A stretch of DNA of 63,009 nucleotides from a virus (lineage: Duplodnaviria; Caudoviricetes): the IMG/VR virus record IMGVR_UViG_3300042514_001623, positions 1 to 63,009 of that record; one strand, written 5' to 3'. The number at the start of each line of letters is the position of its first letter. Position 1 is the stretch's first letter. The notes beneath the pieces are model-generated. The model worked only from the letters and a program-made list of their open reading frames with translations, ran no database searches and was not told where the DNA came from. Positions 36,704-44,870 of this stretch are shown here, piece by piece. The position numbers and the translations under genes were made by a program.

Positions 36704-37536
36704 GCGGCCACCTTCTGCTGGCGGGCCACTGCCTCAACGGCGGCGGCGATCTTGGACGGGTCTTCCTGGCCCACGGCCTTGCCGCAGCGCATCAGTTGCC
36801 GCATCACCCACTTCTCGCGGTCGGTCGATTCCTTGGCGCGGTCCATCGCTTCGGACTGCTGGCGCACCGCGTGGTCGTAGGCGCGGCGCCACTTGATGGC
36901 CTCGGCCTTCAGGTCGTCGGCTTCGGCCGCCTTTACTTCGCCGGTCAGCGCCTCGATCTCGCGCAGCGCCTCTTCCAGGGCCGCCACCGTGTCAAGGTCG
37001 CCGTGCGCCTCTTCGGCCTGGCGCGCGGCTTCGGCCTCTTGTGCCGTCTGCTGCTTCAGCACCTTGGCGCCGGCGGCTTCAAGGCGAGCACTGACCCGTG
37101 CACCGTCCTTCAGGTCGCGTTCGCGCTTGGCGGCGAGCTCTGCTTCAAAGACCTGCTCGGGCACAGCGGCCAGCCGTTGCGCGCGGCTGGACAGGTCGTA
37201 GCTGATGCCCGCCTCGGCCAGCGCAGGTGCCCTCGTTTGAGGTGCCCTCGTCGCCAACGAGGGCACCTCCTTGGGCGTGTGCTGGTTGATGCCAAGCCCG
37301 GCTGCGCCGCGGTTCAGCCCGCCCTCGGCCTTCTGCGCCGTGATGAGTTCACCCAGCCGGCGCTCGGCGCGAATGCGGATCTCGGCCGCCTGCGCCTGCA
37401 AGGTCTGGTCCTTCGCCATGCGCCCGTAGGCCTGCATCGCGGCGGCCTTGTCGGCCCATTCCTTCACCTCGTCCACGCGCACGCACTCGGCGATGGCGTA
37501 GCAGGCGGCTTCGTACTTGATGAGTGCTTGCGTCAT
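36700..37536 (-). CDS. Hypothetical DNA-binding/coiled-coil protein (278 aa)
   Basis: VDEVK...DKA.A...Y, AERRLGE.., LAEAGIS..LSSR.Q.LA motif. Confidence 0.7.
   Translation of the reverse strand: MTQALIKYEAACYAIAECVRVDEVKEWADKAAAMQAYGRMAKDQTLQAQAAEIRIRAERRLGELITAQKAEGGLNRGAAGLGINQHTPKEVPSLATRAPQTRAPALAEAGISYDLSSRAQRLAAVPEQVFEAELAAKRERDLKDGARVSARLEAAGAKVLKQQTAQEAEAARQAEEAHGDLDTVAALEEALREIEALTGEVKAAEADDLKAEAIKWRRAYDHAVRQQSEAMDRAKESTDREKWVMRQLMRCGKAVGQEDPSKIAAAVEAVARQQKVAA
37225..37268. repeat. 12-bp motif AGGTGCCCTCGT: two direct copies and one inverted copy
   Basis: 37225-37236, 37240-37251, inverted 37257-37268. Confidence 0.85.
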
Positions 37537-37823
37537 GGGGTTTGAAAGCTGAAGCGCTCGCAGCGCTGGAGAAGGTCAGGAACAGGCGCGTGCCTGGGCG
37601 AGGTGTGGGGAAGCCAGCCCTGCGCGGCAGCGAAGCACGCACCGGAGCGCTGCAGGTGCTCGCACTCCAGGCACACGCGCCGGTCGTCGCGGTCGTCGTC
37701 GCGGTCTGCCAAGCGGTCGGCCAGCTTCTCGGCCGCGCGCTCGCTCAAGCCGCGGCGCTGAAACATGGCGATGCGGAAGGCCATGCGCGCGATCTGCTTG
37801 TCGTTCAGGGCAGGGCGCGTCAT
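37533..37823 (-). CDS. Hypothetical protein with Cys cluster (96 aa)
   Basis: R...F..RGL....AE.LA....RD...DDRR.C.EC. Confidence 0.7.
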   Translation of the reverse strand: MTRPALNDKQIARMAFRIAMFQRRGLSERAAEKLADRLADRDDDRDDRRVCLECEHLQRSGACFAAAQGWLPHTSPRHAPVPDLLQRCERFSFQTP

Positions 37824-38071
37824 GCCGAGTCCTCCGGCATGTCATCCAGAAGCGGAGGATTGCCACGCGAGGTGTTCATCACGAGACTGGCCCTGCGATA
37901 TTCCTTCTGAGCCCAGGCGCGGAGGATCTCGTTGACCTTCTTGGTACGGTCCTTCCCTTCGTCGGTGCACACGGCATCGAGCACGGCAAGAACCTCCACG
38001 GGGACCATCGGACGGACTTCGGCCTCAAGACGGTTCGGGTTCGCAGGACGACTCAGCAGGGGTTCACTCAT
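37820..38071 (-). CDS. Putative CII-position regulator (RHH-like)
   Basis: Position downstream of cro; LAVLDAV....G..R...V.EIL..W. Confidence 0.5.
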   Translation of the reverse strand: MSEPLLSRPANPNRLEAEVRPMVPVEVLAVLDAVCTDEGKDRTKKVNEILRAWAQKEYRRASLVMNTSRGNPPLLDDMPEDSA

Positions 38072-38226
38072 GGGCGACGACACTCAGTTGCAGGTGCATG
38101 CGATGGCAGCGGCCTCGCTGGCGTACTGGCTGGGCAAGATCCGCGAGGCCGTGGCGCTGGAGTACCAACGCAAGGCGCTCGAAGTGCTGGGCAGGGATGC
38201 CCGCGTGGGGCGGAGGCCGTGAGGCA

Positions 38227-38547
38227 TCAGGCGGCCACCCGCGCAACGTCAAGGCAAGGGCGGCCCCAAATGGCCGGGCCGCGCAACTGGTTGCAACTCG
38301 CGCAAACGGGCACGACGTGAAGCGGGCGCGAGTAATCGCGGTGGTCGTACCGCGTAGCTGGCTTTCCGCAATCCACACACGTCTGTCCCACAGCGCGGGG
38401 AACCTTGCCGGCCTTTACAGCGCGCAGCAGCTTGGACGATGCAGACTGGCGGATGCGCGCGTGCTCGCTACTGCACGGGTAGCACATCAGGCAGGACTTG
38501 TGACGGCGCAGCACTTCGCAGCCGCAGTGAAAACACTTGCGCGTCAT
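38227..38547 (-). CDS. Zn-finger/HNH-like protein (106 aa)
   Basis: CxxC motifs; AV..G......C..CG.....DH.DYS.PL.V...C..C. Confidence 0.7.
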   Translation of the reverse strand: MTRKCFHCGCEVLRRHKSCLMCYPCSSEHARIRQSASSKLLRAVKAGKVPRAVGQTCVDCGKPATRYDHRDYSRPLHVVPVCASCNQLRGPAIWGRPCLDVARVAA

Positions 38548-38750
38548 GCAGCTACCTCAAGCGCAGCCGATATGTGCGGCGCGAACTTGCGGACCGTCTC
38601 GATGCCAGGGTTCTCAGTCGTGCCGAGCTTGATCTTGTAGATCGTCGTGGCCGGCACCCCTGAAAGCCGTTCGAGCACTTCCAGTTGCTTCAGGGAAAGC
38701 GGCGCAAGTGCGCTCCGCACTTGGTCAATGCTTGGGAAGTCGATGTCCAT
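38544..38750 (-). CDS. Cro-like HTH (XRE) regulator
   Basis: L...SGVP..TI.KI..G.T.NP...T; divergent from the cI-like gene. Confidence 0.8.
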   Translation of the reverse strand: MDIDFPSIDQVRSALAPLSLKQLEVLERLSGVPATTIYKIKLGTTENPGIETVRKFAPHISAALEVAA

Positions 38751-38757
38751 GGCCGAC

Positions 38758-38826
38758 ACGTTACCGGATGCGGTAACGCTCTGTCAACCACATTCGGTAT
38801 CAGCGCCGGCTTACCGTGTGGGGATG
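38758..38826. promoter_or_regulatory. OR-like switch: leftward promoter and TTACCG-N4-CGGTAA operators
   Basis: Perfect palindrome GTTACCG-GATG-CGGTAAC 38760-38777; degenerate copies ~38785 and ~38811; minus strand TTGACA-18-TAACGT. Confidence 0.75.
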
Positions 38827-39225
38827 GAAGACGACATCAAGTTGGTAGTGCGCGACAACGTGCGCCGCTTGCTTGGCCTCGCTGATGACGAGTCAGGCGT
38901 CGCCAAGCTGATGAAGAAGGGGCTATCGAATGGCAACGCCCAGCGCATCCTGGGCGGCGAGACGAGCTTTGGCGTTGACCTGCTGGCCAAGGTCGCGGGA
39001 GCGTTTGGGCTGCAGGCTTGGCAGCTGTGCGTCCCTGGGCTTGACCCTGAGAAGCGCCCGGTGCTACACGCCCCGTCCGCGCGGTGGCCGTTCCGGGGCG
39101 TAGATCAGGAGGCGATAGCCAGCCTGGTTGGCTTGCAGGCCCAGATGGTGGAGCAGGGCCTACTGGTGGCGCTGGCTGCGGCAGGCGCTCCGTCAAGGAA
39201 ACAGCCGACGCAGGCCGCAGCATGA
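38824..39225 (+). CDS. CI-like repressor (HTH; no S24 peptidase domain; 133 aa)
   Basis: N.RRL...GLS.....RIL.G.TS..VD.L.KVA.AFGL..WQL; divergent from cro. Confidence 0.7.
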   Translation: MEDDIKLVVRDNVRRLLGLADDESGVAKLMKKGLSNGNAQRILGGETSFGVDLLAKVAGAFGLQAWQLCVPGLDPEKRPVLHAPSARWPFRGVDQEAIASLVGLQAQMVEQGLLVALAAAGAPSRKQPTQAAA

Positions 39226-39429
39226 CCAACGTTTACACGTTGCGCCATGACCCCGCTGGGCGTATCTGCAAACGAGATGAATCGCCCCTTGTTCGGGTGG
39301 AGTGCATCCGCCGGCAGTGGGGAATCTTCTGATGCCGGCGGTGATGACGTGGCGCGAGGGCGGAGAAATCTAGGCCGGCGCAGTGCTGGCCGGGCGAGCC
39401 CGGCGCTACCCGGGCAAGGGAGAGAACCG

Positions 39430-39657
39430 ATGAACAAAATTGTTGTCATGCTTCTGGCGCTCGCTGCAAGCTCAATGCTTGCTGGCCCATCCGCAGCGCA
39501 AGGCACCTTCAAAGGCTACAGGTGCACGCAGGACTGCTCCGGCCACAAGGCCGGCTACGAGTGGGCCGCGAAGAAGGGGATCACCAACAAGCGCGACTGC
39601 ACCGGCAACTCGCAGTCCTTTATCGAAGGCTGCTGGGCGTGGGTTGAGGGTAAGTAG
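39430..39657 (+). CDS. Small exported Cys-rich protein (75 aa)
   Basis: Sec signal peptide; CTQDCSGHKAGYEWA...C.GNS.SF.EGC. Confidence 0.75.
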   Translation: MNKIVVMLLALAASSMLAGPSAAQGTFKGYRCTQDCSGHKAGYEWAAKKGITNKRDCTGNSQSFIEGCWAWVEGK

Positions 39658-39957
39658 GTGGGCGTCGAAGCAAACGACCGGATTTCGTTCGTTGCTGAGG
39701 CGACCGCGTACAAGCACGTCATGGTTTGCGCTGCGGAAGCGCTGACAGCCGTGCTACCCCTTCTCGAAGATCGGCAGCGATCTGCTGTGCTGTCGATGCT
39801 GGAAGCGCGGCTGGCGCACTTGCGGGGCGAGTTCGCGGCTGTGGTGCTGCCGGATATTCACCCGGTGGAATCGGACGCCTGGACTCAAGAAGCGCTTGAA
39901 GCCTTGGATCGAGCGGAAGCCGCTTTCCGCGGTTTGGTTCATCTGCCGCTGAAGTGA
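39658..39957 (+). CDS. Hypothetical protein (99 aa)
   Basis: ORF between exported protein and terminator. Confidence 0.5.
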   Translation: MGVEANDRISFVAEATAYKHVMVCAAEALTAVLPLLEDRQRSAVLSMLEARLAHLRGEFAAVVLPDIHPVESDAWTQEALEALDRAEAAFRGLVHLPLK

Positions 39958-39978
39958 TCTCGCCCATCAACCTCTCCC

Positions 39979-40001
39979 AGCCCGCCGCGCGCGGGCTTTT
40001 T
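39979..40001 (+). terminator. Intrinsic terminator closing the immunity operon
   Basis: AGCCCGC-N5-GCGGGCT-TTTT. Confidence 0.75.
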
Positions 40002-40045
40002 GCTGCCCCTCGATTTAGGGGCCGGGCTGCATCGTAGCAAAAACA

Positions 40046-40088
40046 TTACCGAAATCGGTTGACTGCTGATTACCTGATTCGGTAAACT
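40046..40088 (+). promoter_or_regulatory. OL-like promoter with two operators
   Basis: TTACCG-AAAT-CGGTTG (40046-61), TTACCT-GATT-CGGTAA (40070-85); TTGACT-18-TAAACT. Confidence 0.78.
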
Positions 40089-40122
40089 GCGTCTCACGCC
40101 ATCCCGGCGTTGGAGACGCGAA

Positions 40123-40425
40123 GTGCAAACGACTTTTGCCCCGCCTGCGGTCCAAGCTGACCTGCAGGCCATCGTTGACGGCATCAAGGCCCGCCACGCT
40201 GCGGAGCGGGCCCGTCAGCGCGCCCACTACATCCCGATGGCCGCCGAGGCGGTGGCCGACAAGCGCGCCCGGCTGCAGGCTGCGCTGACCGAAGCGCAGC
40301 AGGGCTTCGACCCGGCCTACCCGGAGTGCGACTACTACACCGAGTACACGCGGCAGGCGGCCAAGGCCGCGAACATCGCGTACTGCACCCGTGAGCTGGC
40401 GAAGCTGGGCGAGGTGGCAGCGTGA
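40123..40425 (+). CDS. Hypothetical early protein
   Basis: GGAG RBS; first gene after promoter. Confidence 0.65.
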   Translation: MQTTFAPPAVQADLQAIVDGIKARHAAERARQRAHYIPMAAEAVADKRARLQAALTEAQQGFDPAYPECDYYTEYTRQAAKAANIAYCTRELAKLGEVAA

Positions 40426-40709
40426 GCGCCCTGCTGGACTCCCTGCTGACGCCGGCCCAGCGCGCCGACGTTGCCAGCGAAGACGCCAAGCGCATGCCGG
40501 TGTGGATTTCCATGACCGAGCACGAGCGCCGCACGACGCTGGCCGCGATGCAGGCCTACGGCGGCAGCTTCGTGCAGGCGCTGGCCTGCGCGTGGCGCAT
40601 CGCGGACACGGTGAACAGCGTGCGCCTTGGTGCCGCGATGGCCGACTACGTGCGCCAGTACGGCCCCGGCTCTCCGGTGTACGCGATGGCCGATCGGGGG
40701 CGCGCATGA
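40422..40709 (+). CDS. Hypothetical early protein
   Basis: GTGA overlap; M..YGGSFV..LA.A...AD..N motif. Confidence 0.7.
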   Translation: MSALLDSLLTPAQRADVASEDAKRMPVWISMTEHERRTTLAAMQAYGGSFVQALACAWRIADTVNSVRLGAAMADYVRQYGPGSPVYAMADRGRA

Positions 40710-40888
40710 GCCCCGCCGAGATCAAGGCCAGCAACGAGGAAGCCGAGGCCTTCGCCGCCTACACCGCCCGCACGCACAACGCCGTGGACCGTGCCTTGGC
40801 CTGCGCTGGCCGGTGGGCCGTTGCCATCGTGGCCGGTGCGTGGCTGGGCGTGCACGCAATCAACGTCATCGCGGAGGCTCTGCAATGA
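40706..40888 (+). CDS. Small membrane protein
   Basis: ATGA overlaps; C-terminal TM. Confidence 0.55.
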   Translation: MSPAEIKASNEEAEAFAAYTARTHNAVDRALACAGRWAVAIVAGAWLGVHAINVIAEALQ

Positions 40889-41157
40889 GGCGCGCTGTTG
40901 ACCCCGCACAGCTGATGGCCGCGTTCGACTGCAACGTCGAACCCTGGCACATGCCGCACATGACCCGCGCGCTGACCGCGCAGCACTTGGACGCCAAGCA
41001 GCGCGAGCGCGAGACGGCCACCACCCCGCTGGGCGAGTTGCTGCTGGCCTCTGGCGCCGTCGAGGGGCCATTCCGCAAGCCGCACCCCCTTACCCGCTGG
41101 CGCCTGATCGGCCGCCGCATCTCCACCGCCCTGGCCGCACTGGCGCGGGCACTTTGA
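40885..41157 (+). CDS. Hypothetical protein
   Basis: GGAGG RBS, ATGA overlap. Confidence 0.55.
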   Translation: MRRAVDPAQLMAAFDCNVEPWHMPHMTRALTAQHLDAKQRERETATTPLGELLLASGAVEGPFRKPHPLTRWRLIGRRISTALAALARAL

Positions 41158-41167
41158 AGGAAACCCT

Positions 41168-42028
41168 GTGAACGCTGTCACCGAGATTAAACACGAGGCC
41201 AGCGCGCTGAGCGCTGCGCCAGAAGCCCCCGCCACCCGCGCGCTGAGCGTGATCGAGCACGCCGTGCGCAGCGGCGCCACGCCCGACCAATTGGAGCGCC
41301 TGCTGGACCTGCAGGTGCGCGCCGACAACCACCAACTCGAACTGATGCGCGAGCGGCGCCGCATGGACGAGGAAGACCGCAAAGCCGCCGCGCTGCTGGC
41401 CTTCCGCCGCGACTTCGCCGCCTTCCGTGGCGAGAACATCATCATCCCCAAGAACGGCTTTGCAGACCGCGCCAAGGCGGGCAGTTTCAACTTCGCCCGG
41501 TTCGGCGACGTGATGCAGATGTTGTCCCCCGCGCTGTCCAAGCACGGGTTCAGCATCCGCCACAACGAGGTGTTCGGGTCCAAGCCCTGGGTGACCGATG
41601 GCGTGGAAAGCACGGTGCCGTGGGTCTACGTCACCTGCTACCTCGAACACCGCGACGGACACAGCGAGCGCCTGGACCTTGAAGGCCCGCCGGGTGATGC
41701 AACGGCGAATACGCCGGCGCAGAACATGCAACTCACGGGCAGCTACCTGAAGCGTCAGGCCACGCTGGCCATCACCGGCACGGCCACGGCCGACGAGGAC
41801 GACGAGAACAAGCTGAAGGGCGAAGGCAAGGCCGGCGCCCAGCAGCCGGACGCTGATGCGCTGGAGGCCCTGCTGGCCACCGGCCGCGATGAGTCCCTGA
41901 AGGGCATGGCCGCGCTGACCGCGTGGTGGGGCTCGCTGAACGCCCGGCAACGCGCCGACCTGAGCCCCGACTTCCCCGGCCTGCGCAAGGCCGCCCAGGC
42001 CGCCGATCAGCAGGGGGGTGCCAAGTGA
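41168..42028 (+). CDS. ERF-family ssDNA annealing protein
   Basis: P.LSKHG, V...L.H..GHSE, Q.....SY.KR.....ITG.A..DEDD. Confidence 0.85.
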   Translation: MNAVTEIKHEASALSAAPEAPATRALSVIEHAVRSGATPDQLERLLDLQVRADNHQLELMRERRRMDEEDRKAAALLAFRRDFAAFRGENIIIPKNGFADRAKAGSFNFARFGDVMQMLSPALSKHGFSIRHNEVFGSKPWVTDGVESTVPWVYVTCYLEHRDGHSERLDLEGPPGDATANTPAQNMQLTGSYLKRQATLAITGTATADEDDENKLKGEGKAGAQQPDADALEALLATGRDESLKGMAALTAWWGSLNARQRADLSPDFPGLRKAAQAADQQGGAK

Positions 42029-42921
42029 GCAACCTCATTGTTCGCTGCAGCAGCATCGGCCGGCTGATGGCCGCGCCGACGAGCGCTGACCTTGACCCGG
42101 CCTTGGTGGACGACGAGGTGCGCCGCATCCTGGCGCTGAAGAAGCGCACCGACGAGGAAACCTCGGTGCTGGACGAGGTGCGCCGCAAGAGCCTGAGCGC
42201 TGGCGGCAAGACGCACGTTCGGGAACTGGTGCGCGAAGCGGTGTACGGCTTTGAGCCGGCCGAGATCGCCACGCGGCCCATCCTGAAGGGCAGGGCGGTT
42301 GAGCAGGCCTGCATCGAGATGCTGGCCCGCCTGACCGGCCGCCCGCTGGTGAAGAACACCGAGCGCCGCACCAATGGCCTGATCTCGGGCGAGTGCGACA
42401 TCTTCGACGCCCCGCTGCGCCACGGCCGCGACGTGAAGGCCCCGTACAGCATGGAGAGCATGCCGATCGTGCTGGCCGACTGCTACGACAGTGGCTACGA
42501 GTGGCAGATGCAGGGCTATGAAATCCTGTGGGACGCCGACACCTGGAGCGTGGACTACGTGCTGGTGGACACGCCCGAGGAACTGATCGGGCTGGAGCCG
42601 GCGGCGCTGCACTACGTGAGCCACATCCCCGAGGCGCTGCGCTGGACGACGTGGACCGTCAAGCGCGACCGCGCGCTGCAGTCGCTGATCGAGGACAAGG
42701 TGCTGGCTGCGCGCCGGTACTACCGCCAGGTGCTCAACGAGTTCGACAGAACCCACGGAGTGCGCACTGACAAAACCGACGAAACCCCTATTTCGTCAGT
42801 TTCGTCAGTTGCCCCCGAGGGGGTTCCCGACAAATCGCGCCCCGACATGGACGCCCCCTGGGACTTGCCCACGGCGCCCGTGGAGCGCCCGCGCGCTGCG
42901 CTGGCACCGGCTGACTTCTGA
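42025..42921 (+). CDS. Lambda-exonuclease/YqaJ-like exonuclease
   Basis: RCSSIG.LM, KG...E, GECDI, DVK, YEWQMQGY. Confidence 0.8.
   Translation: MSNLIVRCSSIGRLMAAPTSADLDPALVDDEVRRILALKKRTDEETSVLDEVRRKSLSAGGKTHVRELVREAVYGFEPAEIATRPILKGRAVEQACIEMLARLTGRPLVKNTERRTNGLISGECDIFDAPLRHGRDVKAPYSMESMPIVLADCYDSGYEWQMQGYEILWDADTWSVDYVLVDTPEELIGLEPAALHYVSHIPEALRWTTWTVKRDRALQSLIEDKVLAARRYYRQVLNEFDRTHGVRTDKTDETPISSVSSVAPEGVPDKSRPDMDAPWDLPTAPVERPRAALAPADF
42766..42809. repeat. Imperfect 19-bp inverted repeat built from CTGACGAAA units
   Basis: ACTGACAAAACCGACGAAA-CCCCTA-TTTCGTCAGTTTCGTCAGT. Confidence 0.8.
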
Positions 42922-42948
42922 CCCTTCCCCAACGCCAGAAAGGCACCT

Positions 42949-43305
42949 ATGAGCGACAAACCCGACACCACCCGCGCCGCCACCAACGTCCCCGAGTTCT
43001 TCGGCGAATTGGACGGCGGCCAGTTCGAGCACATGACTTCCGTTGCCCTGTCCGAAGTGGCCGCGGCGGTGGTCGACCGCGAGAAGAAGGGCGAGGTGAC
43101 GATCACCATGAAGTTCGAGCACATCAAGGGCACGCCCCAGGTGCGCATCGAGCACACCACCAAGTTCACGCGCCCGACGATGAGCGGCAAGCGCAGCGAA
43201 GAAGCCAAGGGCGCCACCGTGATGCACGTCGGCCGCTACGGCAAGTTGTCGATCACGCAGGCCTCGCTGGTGCCCAAGGCCGAGCAGACCCGCATCCCCG
43301 ACTGA
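42949..43305 (+). CDS. Conserved phage protein, usual partner of DUF2303 (YfdP-like)
   Basis: F..ELDGG.F......ALSEVA.AVV...KKG.V; adjacent to DUF2303 gene. Confidence 0.7.
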   Translation: MSDKPDTTRAATNVPEFFGELDGGQFEHMTSVALSEVAAAVVDREKKGEVTITMKFEHIKGTPQVRIEHTTKFTRPTMSGKRSEEAKGATVMHVGRYGKLSITQASLVPKAEQTRIPD

Positions 43306-43330
43306 ACACCCCAACACCCGAGACACACCC

Positions 43331-44146
43331 ATGTTCACCAAAGACGCCATCGAGAAACTGTCCGAAGCCGAAGCCATCAGCGCAGCCAACAGGGAGGTGA
43401 CGGCTTCAAACGTCGTTGCCCTGCCGAGCGACTTCGAGTTGCGCGACCTGGAGGCCAAGGCCCCGCACCGCCGCCGCGCCCGCGGCACGATGACCACCAG
43501 CACGGTGGCCGACTTCGCGGGCTACACCGAAACCCACGCCGAAGACGGCGCTACCGTGTTCGTGAACCAAGACGACATGAGCGCCACGGCTGTGCTGAAC
43601 CTGGGCACGCCGCTGGAGCCCGGCCATGCCGACAACCGCGCGAAGCTGCAGCCCAAGAAGACCGCCGCCTACATCGCGCTGCAGGCAGTGGCGAACGGCC
43701 GCGCCATCACCCAGCAGGCCGTGGCTGAGTTCATGGAGGACTGGCCCGGTGAACTGGAGTTCTTCAACGCGCAGTCCGACAAGTTGACCCCGAGCCAAGC
43801 CATCACGGCAGTGCGCAGGATCACCATTGAAGGCCTGAACCGCGTGGAGAGCGCCACGCAGCAGTTGAGCGCCGAGCGCAGCACCTTCGAGCGCATCGAG
43901 GCCAAGGGCACGGACCTGATTCCGACCACGATCTACTTCCGCTGCTGCCCCTACGTGGACTTCGCATCGCGCCTGTTCGTGCTGCGCCTGGGCATCGTCA
44001 CTGGCGCCAAAGACCCGGCCATCACGTTGCGCGTGCAGAACGCGGAGAAGCACGCCGAGGAGATGGCCGCCGAGCTCGCCAGCCTGGTGCGCGGTGCGGT
44101 GAAGGACACGCCGGTGCTGCTGGGCAGCTACAGCCCGAGCGCATGA
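43331..44146 (+). CDS. DUF2303/YfdQ-family protein
   Basis: LE...P.R.R.RG, A.AVLNLGT...PGHADN.A, Q...AEF.EDW. Confidence 0.82.
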   Translation: MFTKDAIEKLSEAEAISAANREVTASNVVALPSDFELRDLEAKAPHRRRARGTMTTSTVADFAGYTETHAEDGATVFVNQDDMSATAVLNLGTPLEPGHADNRAKLQPKKTAAYIALQAVANGRAITQQAVAEFMEDWPGELEFFNAQSDKLTPSQAITAVRRITIEGLNRVESATQQLSAERSTFERIEAKGTDLIPTTIYFRCCPYVDFASRLFVLRLGIVTGAKDPAITLRVQNAEKHAEEMAAELASLVRGAVKDTPVLLGSYSPSA

Positions 44147-44346
44147 GCGACGCGATTGAGGGCTTCCGGGCCCTTGACGACCACCGCAAGGCACTGCGCG
44201 CCAAGTACGGCGTGAACTGCCCGCAGTGCGCCGTGAAGCGGCCCCGGGCCCACCCCTCAATCCTTCTGCCGCAGCAGCGGTGCCGTGTGGACGGCTACCG
44301 CGACCCGCGGCCGGAGCTCACGAACGAACAGTGGAGCAGCACATGA
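44143..44346 (+). CDS. Small Cys-containing hypothetical protein
   Basis: YGV.CP.C...RP...P.ILLPQQRC.V.GY.DPRP. Confidence 0.7.
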   Translation: MSDAIEGFRALDDHRKALRAKYGVNCPQCAVKRPRAHPSILLPQQRCRVDGYRDPRPELTNEQWSST

Positions 44347-44870
44347 AGATGGCAAAGGCCAGCGAGGCCGACATGCAGATGGCATCAGAGCTTGCCAACG
44401 CGCTTGAAGCACTGAGCAGCCGCTGGGGCGCGACGATGCCGGAAAAGATCGACAGGGCCGCGCCTGACGCCAATGAAGCCTTTTCCGTCGATGACCCTGA
44501 CCACTGCCGCCGGGTGTGCGAATACCTCATCGCGCTGACGCGCAGCGCCTCCCTGTGCCGCGTGGTGTGGGGCATGGACGTGCTGCTGGACCCGCGCAAC
44601 AAGATCGTGGACCCCGACGCTGACACCCTGGAGCACCACCCGGAAACGGTTGCCTGCAGGGCTGCCACCCTGCCAAAGCCGCTGGCCGACTGGGACGAAG
44701 ACAAGGGCGCCGTGCTGTGGTGGAGGTTCCCGGTCGAGGAACCACCGTACTGCGGGCACCCCAACTGCGACGACTGGCCCGGCTATCACACGCACTGGAC
44801 GCCGCTGATCGTGCCTGACGCGCCGGCCGCCGCCAAAACAACCCAGATCACCGAGGACACCCATGCTTGA
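44343..44870 (+). CDS. Hypothetical protein
   Basis: C-terminal W.ED.G.VLWW.FP.EEPPY.G.P...WPGYHTHWT phage motif. Confidence 0.7.
   Translation: MKMAKASEADMQMASELANALEALSSRWGATMPEKIDRAAPDANEAFSVDDPDHCRRVCEYLIALTRSASLCRVVWGMDVLLDPRNKIVDPDADTLEHHPETVACRAATLPKPLADWDEDKGAVLWWRFPVEEPPYCGHPNCDDWPGYHTHWTPLIVPDAPAAAKTTQITEDTHA

Noticed and set aside
38070-38222. 50-aa plus-strand ORF inside the leftward early operon
   Set aside because: Plausible codons, but short, weak RBS and antisense to the operon; not enough support
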